DNA from: a virus
Lineage: Duplodnaviria > Caudoviricetes
Virus record (IMG/VR): IMGVR_UViG_3300017903_002468
Coordinates: 1-48,755 of that record
Direction: 5' to 3' (one strand)
DNA length: 48,755 nt
Both the position numbers and the translations under genes were made by a program. Under the pieces are notes generated by a model that did no database searches, was not told the DNA's origin, and worked only from the letters and a program-made list of their open reading frames with translations. Each line of letters opens with the position of its first letter. The stretch's first letter is position 1. Positions 12,001 through 21,600 of this stretch are shown one piece after another.

Positions 12001-13084
12001 TGATAGAACTGTACCAACTGCACACCCTGCAGGACAATATATCAGAACTATCCCAGACTCTGTAAGAGTTATTGATGCTGGTCCTAGAAGCATTGTTGCT
12101 ACTATCGTCAGTGTTGCACAGAGCACAGAGAGTGTCACAGCAGTCACCAACCAGATTCAGACTATCAGTGATGTCGTTGACGTTCAGGTAGATACTGATC
12201 TCAAGATGACTATGCAGAAGGAGATTCAACCTTCTGTAACTCAAGTATCTGTTGCAATTCAAGATTATGTAATTTCTCTAACTGAATCTGCTGTATTGAT
12301 GAGTAGCGAGAGCGTATCTGTCGCTGCATCTACAATCCAGACTATTAATAGTGCGGAAATTCCTCTACAAGTTCTAACAGACGAAATTGAAAATGTAGTT
12401 ACCCCATATGTTGAATATAATGATCAGGTTGTAACACTACAGGTTGCCTCTATTGTTGCGCCAACTATTAGTGCGGTAACAATGAGCAGTGAGTCTGTGT
12501 TTACCAATAGCACCTCTGTTCAGGTTGAGCATAGTGCAGCACTTGTGACAGAGAAAGCACTGGATGTACATGTTTCAAATGTTCTCTGTGATGACTTCAC
12601 TGGAGAGAACGCAATTACAATTCAAATTGTAACACTACAGGTTGCCTCTATTGTTGCGCCAACTATTAGTGCGGTAACAATGAGCAGCGAGTTTGTGTTT
12701 ACTAATAGCACTTCTGTTCAGGTTGAGCATAGTGTAGCACTTGTAACAGAGAAAGCACTGGATGTGCATGTTTCAAATGTTCTCAGTGATGACTTCACTG
12801 AAGAGAATTCAATCACAATTCAGATTGTTACAATTATTCCTCCAAAAACTGATCCTGGTGGATTTGGAGCTCCTATTCCTGTTGCCTCTATCCTTGGCAC
12901 AGAAACCGCGATTGTGGCGAAACTCCACGGAGTTGAATCTGAGGTTGCTATTCTGGGTAATCACTTACCAATCATTGATGGTAAAGATAAACCAGCTGAT
13001 ATTACGTTAAATAGACAGATGGGAGTCCTTGACTTCTTCGAGGAACTCATCGTTCTAGAAACCAGTATTGTAACTAGAAACTAA
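3089..13084 (+). CDS. gp7: Giant baseplate wedge initiator, gp7-like (3331 aa)
   Basis: Lies between gp6 and gp8. LIESQLPEFI, LIKNITDFYQAKGT and DSYFYQDYSYVIQS....WRDLIK.TTHPAG..MFGE are characteristic of cyanophage gp7-like proteins. Many inserted modules. Confidence 0.8.
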   Translation: MVETRRISTLIESQLPEFIINDYENFSKVVEKYYEQLELRGNPLDVINNITKYRDIDFYEKNLLKESTKLSAQVDAADSTIQVEDATSFPEKDGYIAIGDEILFYKSRTDTSFLEVSRGVSGNQRLGDLYTSSQFVTTLAQNHDIGNNVQNISNLFLYAFVKNFESDYLASFPEKYLKDSVDKRTLIKNITDFYQAKGTDRSIQFIFNTLISNEKPKVLKPKNNTLKASNSDWITTYSLKVLVLEGNAEDLIGETITQNLDPLNNKIGYASAVVDNIFGAGLVDGRPLYEISIDTSTLNNEFNIASKTSLTSAMNLGLDVGDRINVYSTEGFLQTGRIYINGEEIQYSSKNVDQFVISRREQTSAYANGTNVYSYSTISSGNIKLLCLGVLYNLNPEISSPYSEEGDFVQISEPGFITNDPILVDENGSLRWFESTGFGSSSDINVSNSISDLKNNVSAVYRDENYYYIASSGIPGRNILYPDVNQTLSDQKILKLIRKKPLTITESYKTPQRDAAIFVDGTLAFSHKDFDQIKFGTITKFNVTNKGTAYLDPPNVLINNRPGKARAFLAGETVDSIELLSTDTFTSVPEITITSGRGAKASATVTFGAITSLQVLESGEYYSTPPQVVITDRLGKGRFANYNAILEGGKVVGFEEVDQGKFYTKGNVIVELIPAGRDALATCDIVTWTKNRYVKLQDDLDNNNGYVFPHYNNTRGFGYGVCANPIQLRNELNDDGTAHSPILGFAYDGNPIYGPYGYENPLDSTSTINRIRSAYRIKTNRIGGPDTNAYSLGTFIEDYEWVPSTQTGKLELDENNGRFCVTPEYPNGTYAYFVSIDVEGNPAFPYIVGDNFYSLPVDSNYNADLTQDDLPARAERYRIPGMESNGDDSLLTIDEVLSGNVETINIVDSSSEFRVGNRFQVSDVGTEGSGASGYVSAVTGKDIVSMDCKSLEPSNTTSVALVRLTSPTYLFENDVITQVDSDFTGIVISDVSNRSEFVLEQVTGTYVADKKLNSSSNIVSILIDRNVFYTAESTLLLTDGDDSTLATGRILESVSNQNSVKVEVLTGEFVVPEEIVVPHFLQSTTLGDSVGGEVVTYTALSKNINSFEVRDDLVLVETSEEHNVGVNSFVDVEVTPDVAQTTTDYYVRKRFYQEITLKKPSYSSLLKDTGVGRGDLLNGGLDYFADTYIDVELIFLDQSKVRNGIGSAGDANNARATLVVSNFNGTGYGSVSDVTITSKGSGYIRGDVLTVADADLQRLTTSTNSQRLAFSIDHVGFAQRNTELKLVQVNRLSENDLLLIDSEIVKITSIDSTNRSVTVERGQEGSVVVDHFNDAKVELYKGIYRFDANARPLGTGVNDPTIISYDENTQRVVLAYDYTAPSPREVTVSSVFQDNSSPRKSISIAASIPGENRLEFSKDINFATYGANTDIRIQKYYKYKFDTSHISMQGVFLDFSASKTGTIFTEEKEVSGIQPGNAGSFVTITLGFGPNIAGQSQQRFPVNFDTYYYFIKSNSDVNTDGAALQVIDDPIAGSKQVLFATPTKFVYPYTEVPDYNGKGTLKYTTNSPFAVGKIHSATIDNKGSEYKRLPVIVGCDVDVDNQPNLSVIWDSLTQTIKGVDILQSGKNFVNPKAYVSNGDGTGATFNVVQDAGRIVRVEVVDGGRGYTYQPNVVVYEGNVEAYFTSNNIGIPKSVSIIRSGFGYHNDNTLLSKYTSNYALLIKGTDKFFKGERVEQRDGNRLVFAGYVANNGWRLGTNILRLEKVTGVVDLNLPLKSSRNSSVEVKDIITTQFAPVIESYADNVGRYTSDRGKVGDRNQRITDSYFYQDYSYVIQSKTPINTWRDLIKQTTHPAGFLMFGEVVIESEQRSEMPVAQPKSDRITFIELPTKSITSTRKSTKITTSTVRVRDTNLRRGVGSVAINEYDTDGILSKELILAQDFDGRYATQADYVGPIKATTAAALPQGGFVYTAWGSALAITPGEYAHWVKFKMISNTDGVPAIGPYLGVGNSPAQFWDSNDNYNIFFNDEYETDGTGVFDLTKIGRMIIGFIPNMGEIDQRSPDADPDLFTFGALIESTESDFSQITSGFEVGDQITFYENSTSFIKVEVVSVDAPAYHPELGVIGDGNVLGRRTFQLLDKANNLAYSPYNEQELFLTLNGVAQEPGVAFELNGSNITFARAPLGPQYPVTGENFDDTYTTDPTKFVCKSFKFKNDTFNAKYLRKLQDISDRFDGITTEFELVWEDGSIVKTDTKENLLLFINGVLQAANTAYTIVRSANASETDIVRFIEPPRNFYDVIGYTPEQLDQKEYFYGYGVGSYDRLRIDERLIPYRGDGPYLIFDEETDTVKNITDEDFVLVFVDGVLQAPGTYILNGPNIRFSSNLQKYSPETGESVSSKVEMISLFGRQVPKTMSAYDYDRIIYRNEIIITATLEITNNPNGSNEYLEWQENFTGFDPNSVKNVFTFDDDGNRRYIGKLNKVVFNELVDGSTTGLSKPGVLAQRLTLKVLNAANLDFTANEFIPGVSDDDELRMKSIYISDEPGFTNPVSFNVNYPIYRIDWEYSLNSDGERVLVQDIPDWIKGSKLGDDAYFNLFETLVDIAPGDKIMIDGESVYRDILYIPPEVSGRNFNAGATAKYEHYSRIEVSNYNDITRGEGLSINCTITDGVVTGVGFSDLEWNKRDLKLFFDTGILLQPTAYQYFVPPQVKFVPVDGNGGGARAEVLCIAGQVLDVVLIEGGSGYTQPPKAVVTRGYNVLRKESRSIQSNYELRIGTQISIEQNTTIGTEIIIRGEGNQTGIFSIISFGVVGSADLVTGDEIVEHIHPPAIEAGDSLALPEGNSIVFTKRDPFTAIDQVASELILNETLITCTIDNPIASISNISPVGRVGTNSFVDVLTNNIQKIINTPIAYFREESASAVGALLDSPLSPSGTTLYVNNTSLFADVGKLQVGKEIVGYERKLEDRFLNVTRGLDRTVPTAHPAGQYIRTIPDSVRVIDAGPRSIVATIVSVAQSTESVTAVTNQIQTISDVVDVQVDTDLKMTMQKEIQPSVTQVSVAIQDYVISLTESAVLMSSESVSVAASTIQTINSAEIPLQVLTDEIENVVTPYVEYNDQVVTLQVASIVAPTISAVTMSSESVFTNSTSVQVEHSAALVTEKALDVHVSNVLCDDFTGENAITIQIVTLQVASIVAPTISAVTMSSEFVFTNSTSVQVEHSVALVTEKALDVHVSNVLSDDFTEENSITIQIVTIIPPKTDPGGFGAPIPVASILGTETAIVAKLHGVESEVAILGNHLPIIDGKDKPADITLNRQMGVLDFFEELIVLETSIVTRN
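12429..12828 (+). repeat. 198-bp (66-codon) in-frame tandem duplication within gp7-like gene
   Basis: Copy 1 starts at 12429 and copy 2 at 12627 (TTGTAACACTACAGGTTGCCTC...). About 13 mismatches by manual alignment. Peptide VTLQVASIVAPTISAVTMSSE...ITIQI occurs twice. Confidence 0.95.
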
Positions 13085-13626
13085 TGGCAGAAATAGCACT
13101 ATCAGCACCATATAATGAAGTCCTTAAGAGAAATGGTCAAACCATTCTTGTGGAAAACTTTAAAAAGAGAACTCCTGATGGATTTGAGTCTTTTACTTCA
13201 GGTAATGCTGGACAGACACTGAGGGGATATGAACTCCATGTTTTTGATGGGGATAATGTTATTCAAGATTTGACTCTTACATACCCCACTCTACAGATCA
13301 GGGATTTTGAACTAAGACCTCTGTCTGCATTCACATTGAACGGATCTAGGTTCACTAACGTTGGCACCACTTCGATGTTACCCTTTGGTATGACTGCGAA
13401 TTCGCTGCAAGTGCTAACTACTGATCCGCAAATTCCTACTGTTTTAGAATCGATGACTAATGTCGGTAGGTTTGCTGCGGCAGGTCATCTTTTTATCGGA
13501 GGATCTGCACGTACTCTTTTTGAGTATACATCAAAAACACCAACGGGATTTATTGGTTATGTAAAATCTGGAGCGGTTAATATCCCAGCATCTACGGAGT
13601 TCATCCAATACTCCACAGATGCCTAA
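13084..13626 (+). CDS. Hypothetical virion/baseplate-associated protein (180 aa)
   Basis: TAATG stop-start overlap with the gp7-like gene; lies inside the baseplate cluster. Confidence 0.75.
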   Translation: MAEIALSAPYNEVLKRNGQTILVENFKKRTPDGFESFTSGNAGQTLRGYELHVFDGDNVIQDLTLTYPTLQIRDFELRPLSAFTLNGSRFTNVGTTSMLPFGMTANSLQVLTTDPQIPTVLESMTNVGRFAAAGHLFIGGSARTLFEYTSKTPTGFIGYVKSGAVNIPASTEFIQYSTDA

Positions 13627-13642
13627 ATATAATGTATAAATA
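13623..13642 (+). promoter_or_regulatory. Tandem late promoters (CTAAATA 13623-13629; TATAAATA 13635-13642)
   Basis: Perfect T4 late consensus about 32 nt upstream of the gp8 start, preceded by a variant copy. Confidence 0.8.
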
Positions 13643-13674
13643 AATCAGACATCAACGTTCTAGAGCAAAAAATA

Positions 13675-15552
13675 ATGGCTGCAATTATTTCAGACAAATT
13701 TAGAATTTTTAATGCTAAGCAATTTCTAGAATCTCTGTCCGAAGGCAGTAGTGATACTGGCACGGACAGAACTAGAATGTATTTCTTTGTGGGTCGTCCA
13801 CAAGCATGGAATTCTTACCTGGAGATCTACTCCGCAAACACAACGGCATTCACCGCTGGGCAATTCGTATACGTTTCGAGCGATGACAACGGAACATATA
13901 CATGGGCAAACGCTCCTTTCAAGGCAAGCATTGTCGCAGTATATGAGAATTCCCTCATCCTCAGCAACGTTTCTCCTAGCACTTCTTCCACTCCTCTCCC
14001 CAACGCACTAATCGAAGGTTGGAACGGAGCATCTGATACAGGAGCAGAAGCAAGAGCAGGTGTATATCGTTTTGCTACCGAAGATACCCCTCCTACTCCA
14101 CTGGACAACCAGTTGGAAAAGTTTGATGTATATGATGAAATCATTGCTGCTAAGCGTATTACTGATGCGTTTGCTCGTGGTGTAATTACTCGTTACGATT
14201 GGAACCTGCTTGCATCGGAACCACGTTTCGACATGTACAAGCCTGATTACACTGCTACCACAACTGGTCAGATCGGTAAACTTGCGCTTACCAATGCAGC
14301 TTCTCTAGCAACTGCTAAGTATTACGTAATCAACTCCCAGTACGAAGTATTCAAGTGCCTCTACAATGGTGAGTTCCCAGGCAGAACTGCTCCTAACCCT
14401 GTATACGAACCAAAGACCTCTCCTTCTGCTGGTCAAGGCACTTATGCTGGTGGTCTGTTCACTGAGGGTGCTGATCTCGAAGTTTCCAATACTGCAGGTT
14501 ATGCATGGAAGTACATGTACACCATCCCAACCGATGATGTTCTTCGCTTCCTCTCCACCAACTTCCTACCAATCAACCTCCCCACTGAGAGCACCAGAGA
14601 AACTGTTGCAACAGCTGCAGTTGATGGCGCTATTGACGTTGTTCTAGTTGAGGATGCAGGTTCGGGTCTTCCTAACGGCACCCACTATGCACCTGTTAAT
14701 GGTGATGGTCAACTTGCTGGTGGAACCCAAGCAGTTGTTGAGATTGTCGTCGCTGGTGGCGCAATCGCTTCTACTAAGGTTGTCACCAAGGGTGCAGGTT
14801 ACACTTATGGTTCTATCAGACTGGTTGATGGCGAAACAACTGGCGGTATCAAGTCTGGTCTTTACACCTCTTCTGCACTAACCACTGGTCGCACAGGTGT
14901 TAGCGGAACAGGTGCTCTGGAAGTTGTTCTTCCTCCCGAAGGTGGACATGGCGCAGACATGGAAGCAGAATTTGGTGCTAAGCGTGTCATGACCAACATC
15001 CGTCTGACCTACGCTGAAGGTTCTGGAGACTTCCCTGTTGATAACGACTTCCGTCGTATCGGTATTGTCAAGGATCCATACAACTGGACCACAACCGACT
15101 TTGCAACTGCAGATACACTAAATGGTCTGTATGCTGTTAAGATCTCTGGTGCAACTGCAGACTACAACGCTGACGAAACTATCACTCAAACACTGACTGG
15201 TGGCGGCGTTGCAAGAGGAACAGTAGTTTCCTGGACTCTTGACTCTGGTTCTACAACTGATGGTGTTCTTAAGTACATCCAAGTTCCTGGTCTTCACGCT
15301 GACGATGGTGTTGTAAGACCTTTTGATGGTTCTGATGCTGCTCAAGTTATTGGTGCTGCATCTCTTGCTGGTGGATCTATCGACACTTCTGTAACTGGTG
15401 GAACTTCTCTGCTTGGTGCTTCCTTTACTTCTGGTCAAGCAAATCCAGAGATTGAACCAAACTCTGGCGACATCATTTATGTTGAGAACAGAAGACTGAT
15501 CACCCGTGCTCCTGACCAGATTGAAGATATCAAACTAGTCATCGAGTTCTGA
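13675..15552 (+). CDS. gp8: Baseplate wedge subunit gp8 (625 aa)
   Basis: MAAIISDKFRIFNA.QF, YFFVGRPQAW, YYVINSQYEVFKCLYN, GYAWKYMYTI, NDFRRIGIVKDP and the C-terminus SGDIIYVENR..ITRAPDQIEDIKLVIEF. Confidence 0.92.
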   Translation: MAAIISDKFRIFNAKQFLESLSEGSSDTGTDRTRMYFFVGRPQAWNSYLEIYSANTTAFTAGQFVYVSSDDNGTYTWANAPFKASIVAVYENSLILSNVSPSTSSTPLPNALIEGWNGASDTGAEARAGVYRFATEDTPPTPLDNQLEKFDVYDEIIAAKRITDAFARGVITRYDWNLLASEPRFDMYKPDYTATTTGQIGKLALTNAASLATAKYYVINSQYEVFKCLYNGEFPGRTAPNPVYEPKTSPSAGQGTYAGGLFTEGADLEVSNTAGYAWKYMYTIPTDDVLRFLSTNFLPINLPTESTRETVATAAVDGAIDVVLVEDAGSGLPNGTHYAPVNGDGQLAGGTQAVVEIVVAGGAIASTKVVTKGAGYTYGSIRLVDGETTGGIKSGLYTSSALTTGRTGVSGTGALEVVLPPEGGHGADMEAEFGAKRVMTNIRLTYAEGSGDFPVDNDFRRIGIVKDPYNWTTTDFATADTLNGLYAVKISGATADYNADETITQTLTGGGVARGTVVSWTLDSGSTTDGVLKYIQVPGLHADDGVVRPFDGSDAAQVIGAASLAGGSIDTSVTGGTSLLGASFTSGQANPEIEPNSGDIIYVENRRLITRAPDQIEDIKLVIEF

Positions 15553-15553
15553 T

Positions 15554-15572
15554 CTAAATAACGTGCTAAATA
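15554..15572 (+). promoter_or_regulatory. Tandem late promoter variants (CTAAATA x2)
   Basis: CTAAATA at 15554-15560 and 15566-15572 in the 53-nt gap before the DUF4815 gene. Confidence 0.7.
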
Positions 15573-15605
15573 AGGTTAGGAAAACTAGGACGTTAGTAAT
15601 ATACA

Positions 15606-18600
15606 ATGCCTCAGAATACTAACCTTAATGCATCGCCTTACTTTGAAGATTTTGACCCGCAGAAGAATTTCTACAAGGTCTTATTTCGACCTGGATATGC
15701 AGTACAGGCAAGAGAACTAACATCTCTTCAGTCTGTACTGCAAACCCAGTTAGAAAGTTTCGGAAGAAACATCTTCAAGCAAGGCGATCTTGTTGTGCCT
15801 GGAGAAGTTGGGTTCAACACAAAATTAAACTACGTTAAACTCTCGTCCGTTTCTGAGGTAGCTGTTAGTGACGAGGAAGGTAACGTTACATATCAAAAAT
15901 ATGACATTAGTCAACTCGTAGGATTGAAGATCCAAGGCATATCTTCAAGCGTCGTTGCTAGTGTTATTGCTACAGAATATGGTTCTGATACCGAATCAGA
16001 CACTCTCTATGTCAATTACCTAGATTCTGGTGCATCTGGCGATGAAGAGAGATTCCGTCAAGGCGAGACATTAGAGGTAATTGGTGGCGTCAACTCTCCT
16101 TTGTTAGTAGTCGGCACTGATGGCGTTTCTCTTCCTACCAGTATTGGCATTACTGATCCCGATACAGGTATTGAGTCATTTGTTGATAGTCCTGCTTTAG
16201 GTTTTGCTTCTGCTGTTAAAGTAGAAGAAGGCATTTACTTTGTAAATGGATATTTTGTAAGAAATGCTGAGCAACTTTTAGTTGTAGAAAAATATAATGA
16301 TACTCCTTCTGCAAAGATTGGATTTAAAATTTCTGAGTCTTTAGTTACTCCAGAAGAAGATTCTTCTTTATATGATAATGCGAGGGGATTTTCTAACTTT
16401 TCTGCGCCTGGAGCACATAGACTCAAGATCGATCTTGAGTTGGTCAAATATGGTTACTATGAATTAACTGATAAAAACTTTATTCAGTTATTGCTTGTCA
16501 AGAGTGGTACTATTCAAAAGCAGATCAAAGCAAATGATTATTCTCTTGTAGAATCTGCAATTGCTAGAAAAACTTTTGATGAGTCTGGAGACTATGTAGT
16601 AGAACCTTTCCCTCTACAAGTAAGAGAGTATTACCAAACAGGTGATAATCTAGGTTTTTATTCTGCAGATTCTGATGGTCTTGTTAATGGTCTAACTGCT
16701 ATTGAAGCTTCTGCTAAACTGGTTGGTAGTGTTGGTTCTGGTAAAGCATACATTAAAGGGTATGAAGTTAAAAACAAAGAAACCAAGTATCTTACCATTG
16801 ATAAAGCAAGAGATACCATCAAAAGAGAGAATCAAACTTTAAAAACATCTGGTCTTACTTCTTTCTTTATTACTAATGTATACGGCACTACTCCTCTAAA
16901 TGCTGAGGGTGCTGACTTAACATCGTATCCTACGATGTATTTGAATGCTTCTTTCAATGATGGATCTATTGGATCTAATGATACTGAAGCAGCAGATTCC
17001 CCAAAACAAACTGTAAACCGCCGAGGTCAAGGTTATAGTGTTGTTGATGGTGTTAAAACCATTTATTGCAAAATCGATAACACTTCTTCTTTTGATATCG
17101 ATGATATGACTGAAGCGAACTTCAAAGGTCAATTCAGTAGATTATACTTTATTAAGTCTAGAACAGATACTGGTAACGTTACTGATTATAGTTTTGTTGA
17201 TGTCATTGCTTTTTCTATTGTAAAGCGTCCAGAAATTGGAACTGCAGATTACGTAGAAATTACTGTTAAAGGTAATAGAACAGAATTGGATATATTTTTA
17301 ACTGACATTGATGCTACAATTCTCAACAAAACAAGATCCTTATATAAATCTGCAGCAGATGTACAGGGTGCAAGTTCTCCTGTATTTGATCTTCGTGACT
17401 ATAATGAAACTATCACTCCAGTTGTTGGTATTGCAAAACCAAAAAATATTGCATTAAAAGAAATTAGTTCTGGTTTTGATAAAGATCTCGATAAGATCGT
17501 ATCAAAAGGAAAACTTGCTGGTGGTTTAGAAAAATATAATTCTATTTTTGATCTGTCTTACTTTGCACCACAATTCTTTACTAGATTACTTCTAGAAGAA
17601 ACTATTGTAGGAAGTGACTTCACTCCTGGTAAGTACATTTATGGTGGCGTAAGTAATGCCGTTGCTGTTATTGAGGGAGGAACAGATTCTGTTTATTCTT
17701 CCGTTAATAAATTATTTGTCACCATGATTTTTGGTGAATTCAAGTCAGGAGAAACTATTACTTCTGAAACTGGTGCAACCATGAAGATTGCAACAGAAAA
17801 TACTATCTCACATTTTATCGTTCCAGAGAGAGGAGATAGTTACTCGGCAGCAACAAAAGTTATTTTAAATGGCGTGACATTTGAAGCAACTAAGATTGAA
17901 GTAATTACATCTGGAGGTGGTTCTGTTGAACAAGTTGTAATTAGAGATAGATCAAGTGCAACTCAAACTTATTCTTTACCACCTGTAGTTGAATTTACTG
18001 GTACGACACCATCTAACCAAGCGGTTGTAACTCCTGTTTTGTTTAGGAATACAGTATATACGTATTCTCCAAAAAATATTAAATCAGTATTTTCTGAATT
18101 TGGTTCTGGCAATGCCAACAAATTTAGTGCAGATATTGAACTGGAAAGAACAGGATATGTTATTACGTCTTCAGTAACAGACTTTACTTTCTCTGGCACT
18201 AAGGGATATAAATTCATTGAATGTAATGGTTTTGGTGGGGATGCCTCTAAAATCTTGGTACAAGGCGATGTATTGCAGTTTTCTGATTCATCTGGTGCTG
18301 TATACAAATACATTGTACAATATGCCACAAAACCTGATGGAATCAATAGATCCAGAATTTATTTGGACAGAGTTTTAAGAGAAAATGTAGAAAACGCTTC
18401 TGTTGTTCTCCAAAGACCTCAAATCGAAAATCCAAACTCTTCTTTGATTTTCCCAACAGGAGACAAGCAAATTTCAACTCTCATTGATTCTTCTGAAGAT
18501 TCTAAGATCAAGTATCACTTTAGAAGAGATTTTATTACAACATCTTCTTCCTCTTCTGGAAACATTACTTTTGCTGCCCAACTTCCATTTGGAACACAGA

Positions 18601-21600
18601 GATTTGCACCTTTCTCTCAAGAAAATTTCTTGCTAACTGTTCTTGAAACAGGAGTTGCAGAACATGCTATTGATGAAAGTGGCACCTTGCAGTTGTTTGG
18701 AGGTCCCCTGAAAAAAGGAGATATTATCTATATCGATCCTTCATATGTAACTATTGCTGAATCTGATAGCAACTTAACTGCTGGTAGTGTTACTTTAAAT
18801 TTCCCAGAAAATCATTTTGGTGATATTGATGCACTTAGAACTGCACTAGAAGATAGAGCAGCAAATCCACAAACAGGAGATCCTTCTTTCACTTTGCCAG
18901 AGTCAAACTTCCCCAAAATGAAGTTGACTGCTACTTTGGAAGTGTCTAAAGCAAAACCAAGATTAAAAACTTCTGTTATTAATAAACAGATTATTGTTCA
19001 GTCTGCTGGAACTACTGTTGTACCTTTTAGAGGACAAGATCTAAATGGTGATTCTATTGTAATTACTTCTTATTCTGATGTCTTTAAACTAAGATATGTT
19101 TATGAAGGATCTGTCTCTGCTCCACCTCAAGTTGATGCAGGCGGAAATCTTATTAGTGGTGTAGATGTCACAAATAGATATACATTTGATAATGGTCAAA
19201 GAGATACCTATTATGATATCGCAAGATTAGTTCTAAAACCAGGACTAACTGCACCTACAGGACAATTAGTTATTGCATTTGACTACTTCGAGCATTCTCA
19301 AGGCGACTTCTGTACCATTGATTCATATTTACATGAAGCAGGTGTCACTGAAAAAGATATTCCATCTTTCAATTCTTCTGTTAATGGTTTAGTATCTCTC
19401 AAAGATGTAATTGACTTCCGTCCTAAAGTAGATAATTCTAACATCATTGTAGGTTATCAAGATAAGACTCTATTATCACAAACTGATTTCTTATCTTTCT
19501 CTGGTGAATCTGGAATTCCTGCTAGCACTCCTGCAGATGATTCTAATCTTAATTATACAATCAAGTATAATAAAGAGCAATATCTGGATAGAATTGATGG
19601 TGTATTCCTTAATACCGATGGTCAGTTTATTGTCAAGAAAGGCAACTCCTCGTTGAATCCATCTCGACCAGAATCTATTAGTGATGCTGCTCCTCTGTAT
19701 TATCTTTATATTCCTGCATTTACAGATTCTTATAGAGATGTTCGTATTATTCCTGTAGAGAATAAGCGTTACACTATGAAAGATATTGGTAAACTTAACC
19801 AACGTGTTGAGCGTTTAGAATACTATACGTCTCTTAGTGTACTAGAGCAACAGACACTTAATATGCAGGTTACCGATGATATTGGTCTTGATAGATTTAA
19901 GTGTGGTTTCTATGTTGATAACTTTGAAACACACAAAGGTGATATTAAAGCAGCAGATCACAAATGTGCTATTGACACCCAACAGTCTGTTTTAAGACCA
20001 CAAGTCAGTGAAGATAGTTTCTTAGTGAAAGAAGTCAATACCAGAAACGACCAGAGAGAAGTTGCTGGTTATGTTAACAATAATGGCATCTTGACTCTCC
20101 CTTATGAGAACACTAGATTACTTGGAAATAATTTTGCAACAAAGACTATCAATCCCAATCCATTCGTTGTTCTTCAGTATGTTGGAGATTTGAGTGTAGA
20201 TCCTAATGTAGATTCTTGGTATGATAGATCTATTGCTCCTTTGGTAACTGACAACAATACAGATTTGTTTGTTCCATTCCTTGCAAAAGATGATTTGGAG
20301 GTAGCATTCGGAAGTTTGTATAACTCGTTTATTGTTACTTGGACAGGAACGGAAAGATCTTTCTATAATATCAATCCATTATCTAAGACCAATGACGAGA
20401 TTGCAAACGAAGAAGTAGTATCTGCATCTATTGCAAGTTCTTCTAATGTAAGTCCTTTCAACAATGAATTGGCAAAAGGAATTTCTACCAGAACAAGTCG
20501 TGGCAAGTCTGTTGCTGGTTCTTTGCAATACTTTGCTCGTAGTATTCCAGTTAAATTTAATATTCGTCGAATGAAACCTTCGACAGAAGTCTTTGTATTC
20601 TTAGAAGGAAAAAATATCAATCGTTGGGTTGTTCCTGATATTAGATTTACTGGAATTCCTGCTAATTCTTTATCAACATTTGGCGCACCTATCATCACAG
20701 ATGAGAATGGTAATGCTAGTGGTATTGTTCTTATTCCTGCTGGCAATCCACCAAGAGATGGTACTGCTTGGACAGGAGAGGTAGAAACTGTATCTTATGA
20801 TTTAAGCGGAGAAGATGTTAGAATTTCTACTGGAGAGAAAACTCTTCGTTTTACTTCTAGTGCATCTAATCGTGATAAGACAGATGTGGAAACATTTGCC
20901 GAGACTAAGTTCTATGCATCTGGTCTACTACCAGATAATCCAGGAACTATCGTATCTACTAAACCAGCATACTTTAAGGCAAATGAAGGTACTCAACTAG
21001 TTACTAACAATACCGAAAACGAGCAAAAACCAAACCCACTTGCTCAAACATTTAAGATTGAAAACTTTGATGAAGGTGTGTTCACTACTGGAGTAGACCT
21101 TTATATTGCTAAGAAGAGTGATTCTATTCCCATTAGAGTTTACTTGACTGATGTTGATTCTGAGAAACCAGGAAAGAATGTTATTCCTGGAACTGAAGTG
21201 GTCAAAGAACCATACACATACGTCAAGGCATATGTATCTGCTTCGGTTGTTGTACTGAAAGGAGAGAAGATCAGTGGCGTTTCTACTAATGCATCTGGAC
21301 CTATTCTTAAGATCCTAGACAAGAATAATAATGAACTAGCAGTTTCTGAGGATGATGAAATTCAACTCAATAATGAGCAGGTTTATACATTTGTTCTTTC
21401 CAATAACAATGGACAATCTTTTGTTCAAGATGAGGAATTAAAGATTAATTCCATTGTAGTATTCAATAATGCTAATAACACTGAAATTACTGCACGTATC
21501 GCAAAAGACTCTGGCAGTGTTAGTGCTCTAAAAGTTAAGAATACTGGTTCTAATTATGATGGTGCTACTATTACTATTGAAAGTCCCAGTCTCCCTGGCG

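Noticed and set aside
11400-12065. 221-aa alternative-frame ORF inside gp7, and similar Leu/Val-rich + strand ORFs inside the fibres
   Set aside because: They are shadows of the T-ending codon bias of the real gene, start mostly at TTG/GTG without an RBS, and show no motifs.
12429-12828. Duplication as a diversity-generating retroelement TR/VR pair
   Set aside because: Mismatches are mostly C/T and G/A transitions rather than adenine-specific, the copies are tandem and in frame, and there is no reverse transcriptase in the window.
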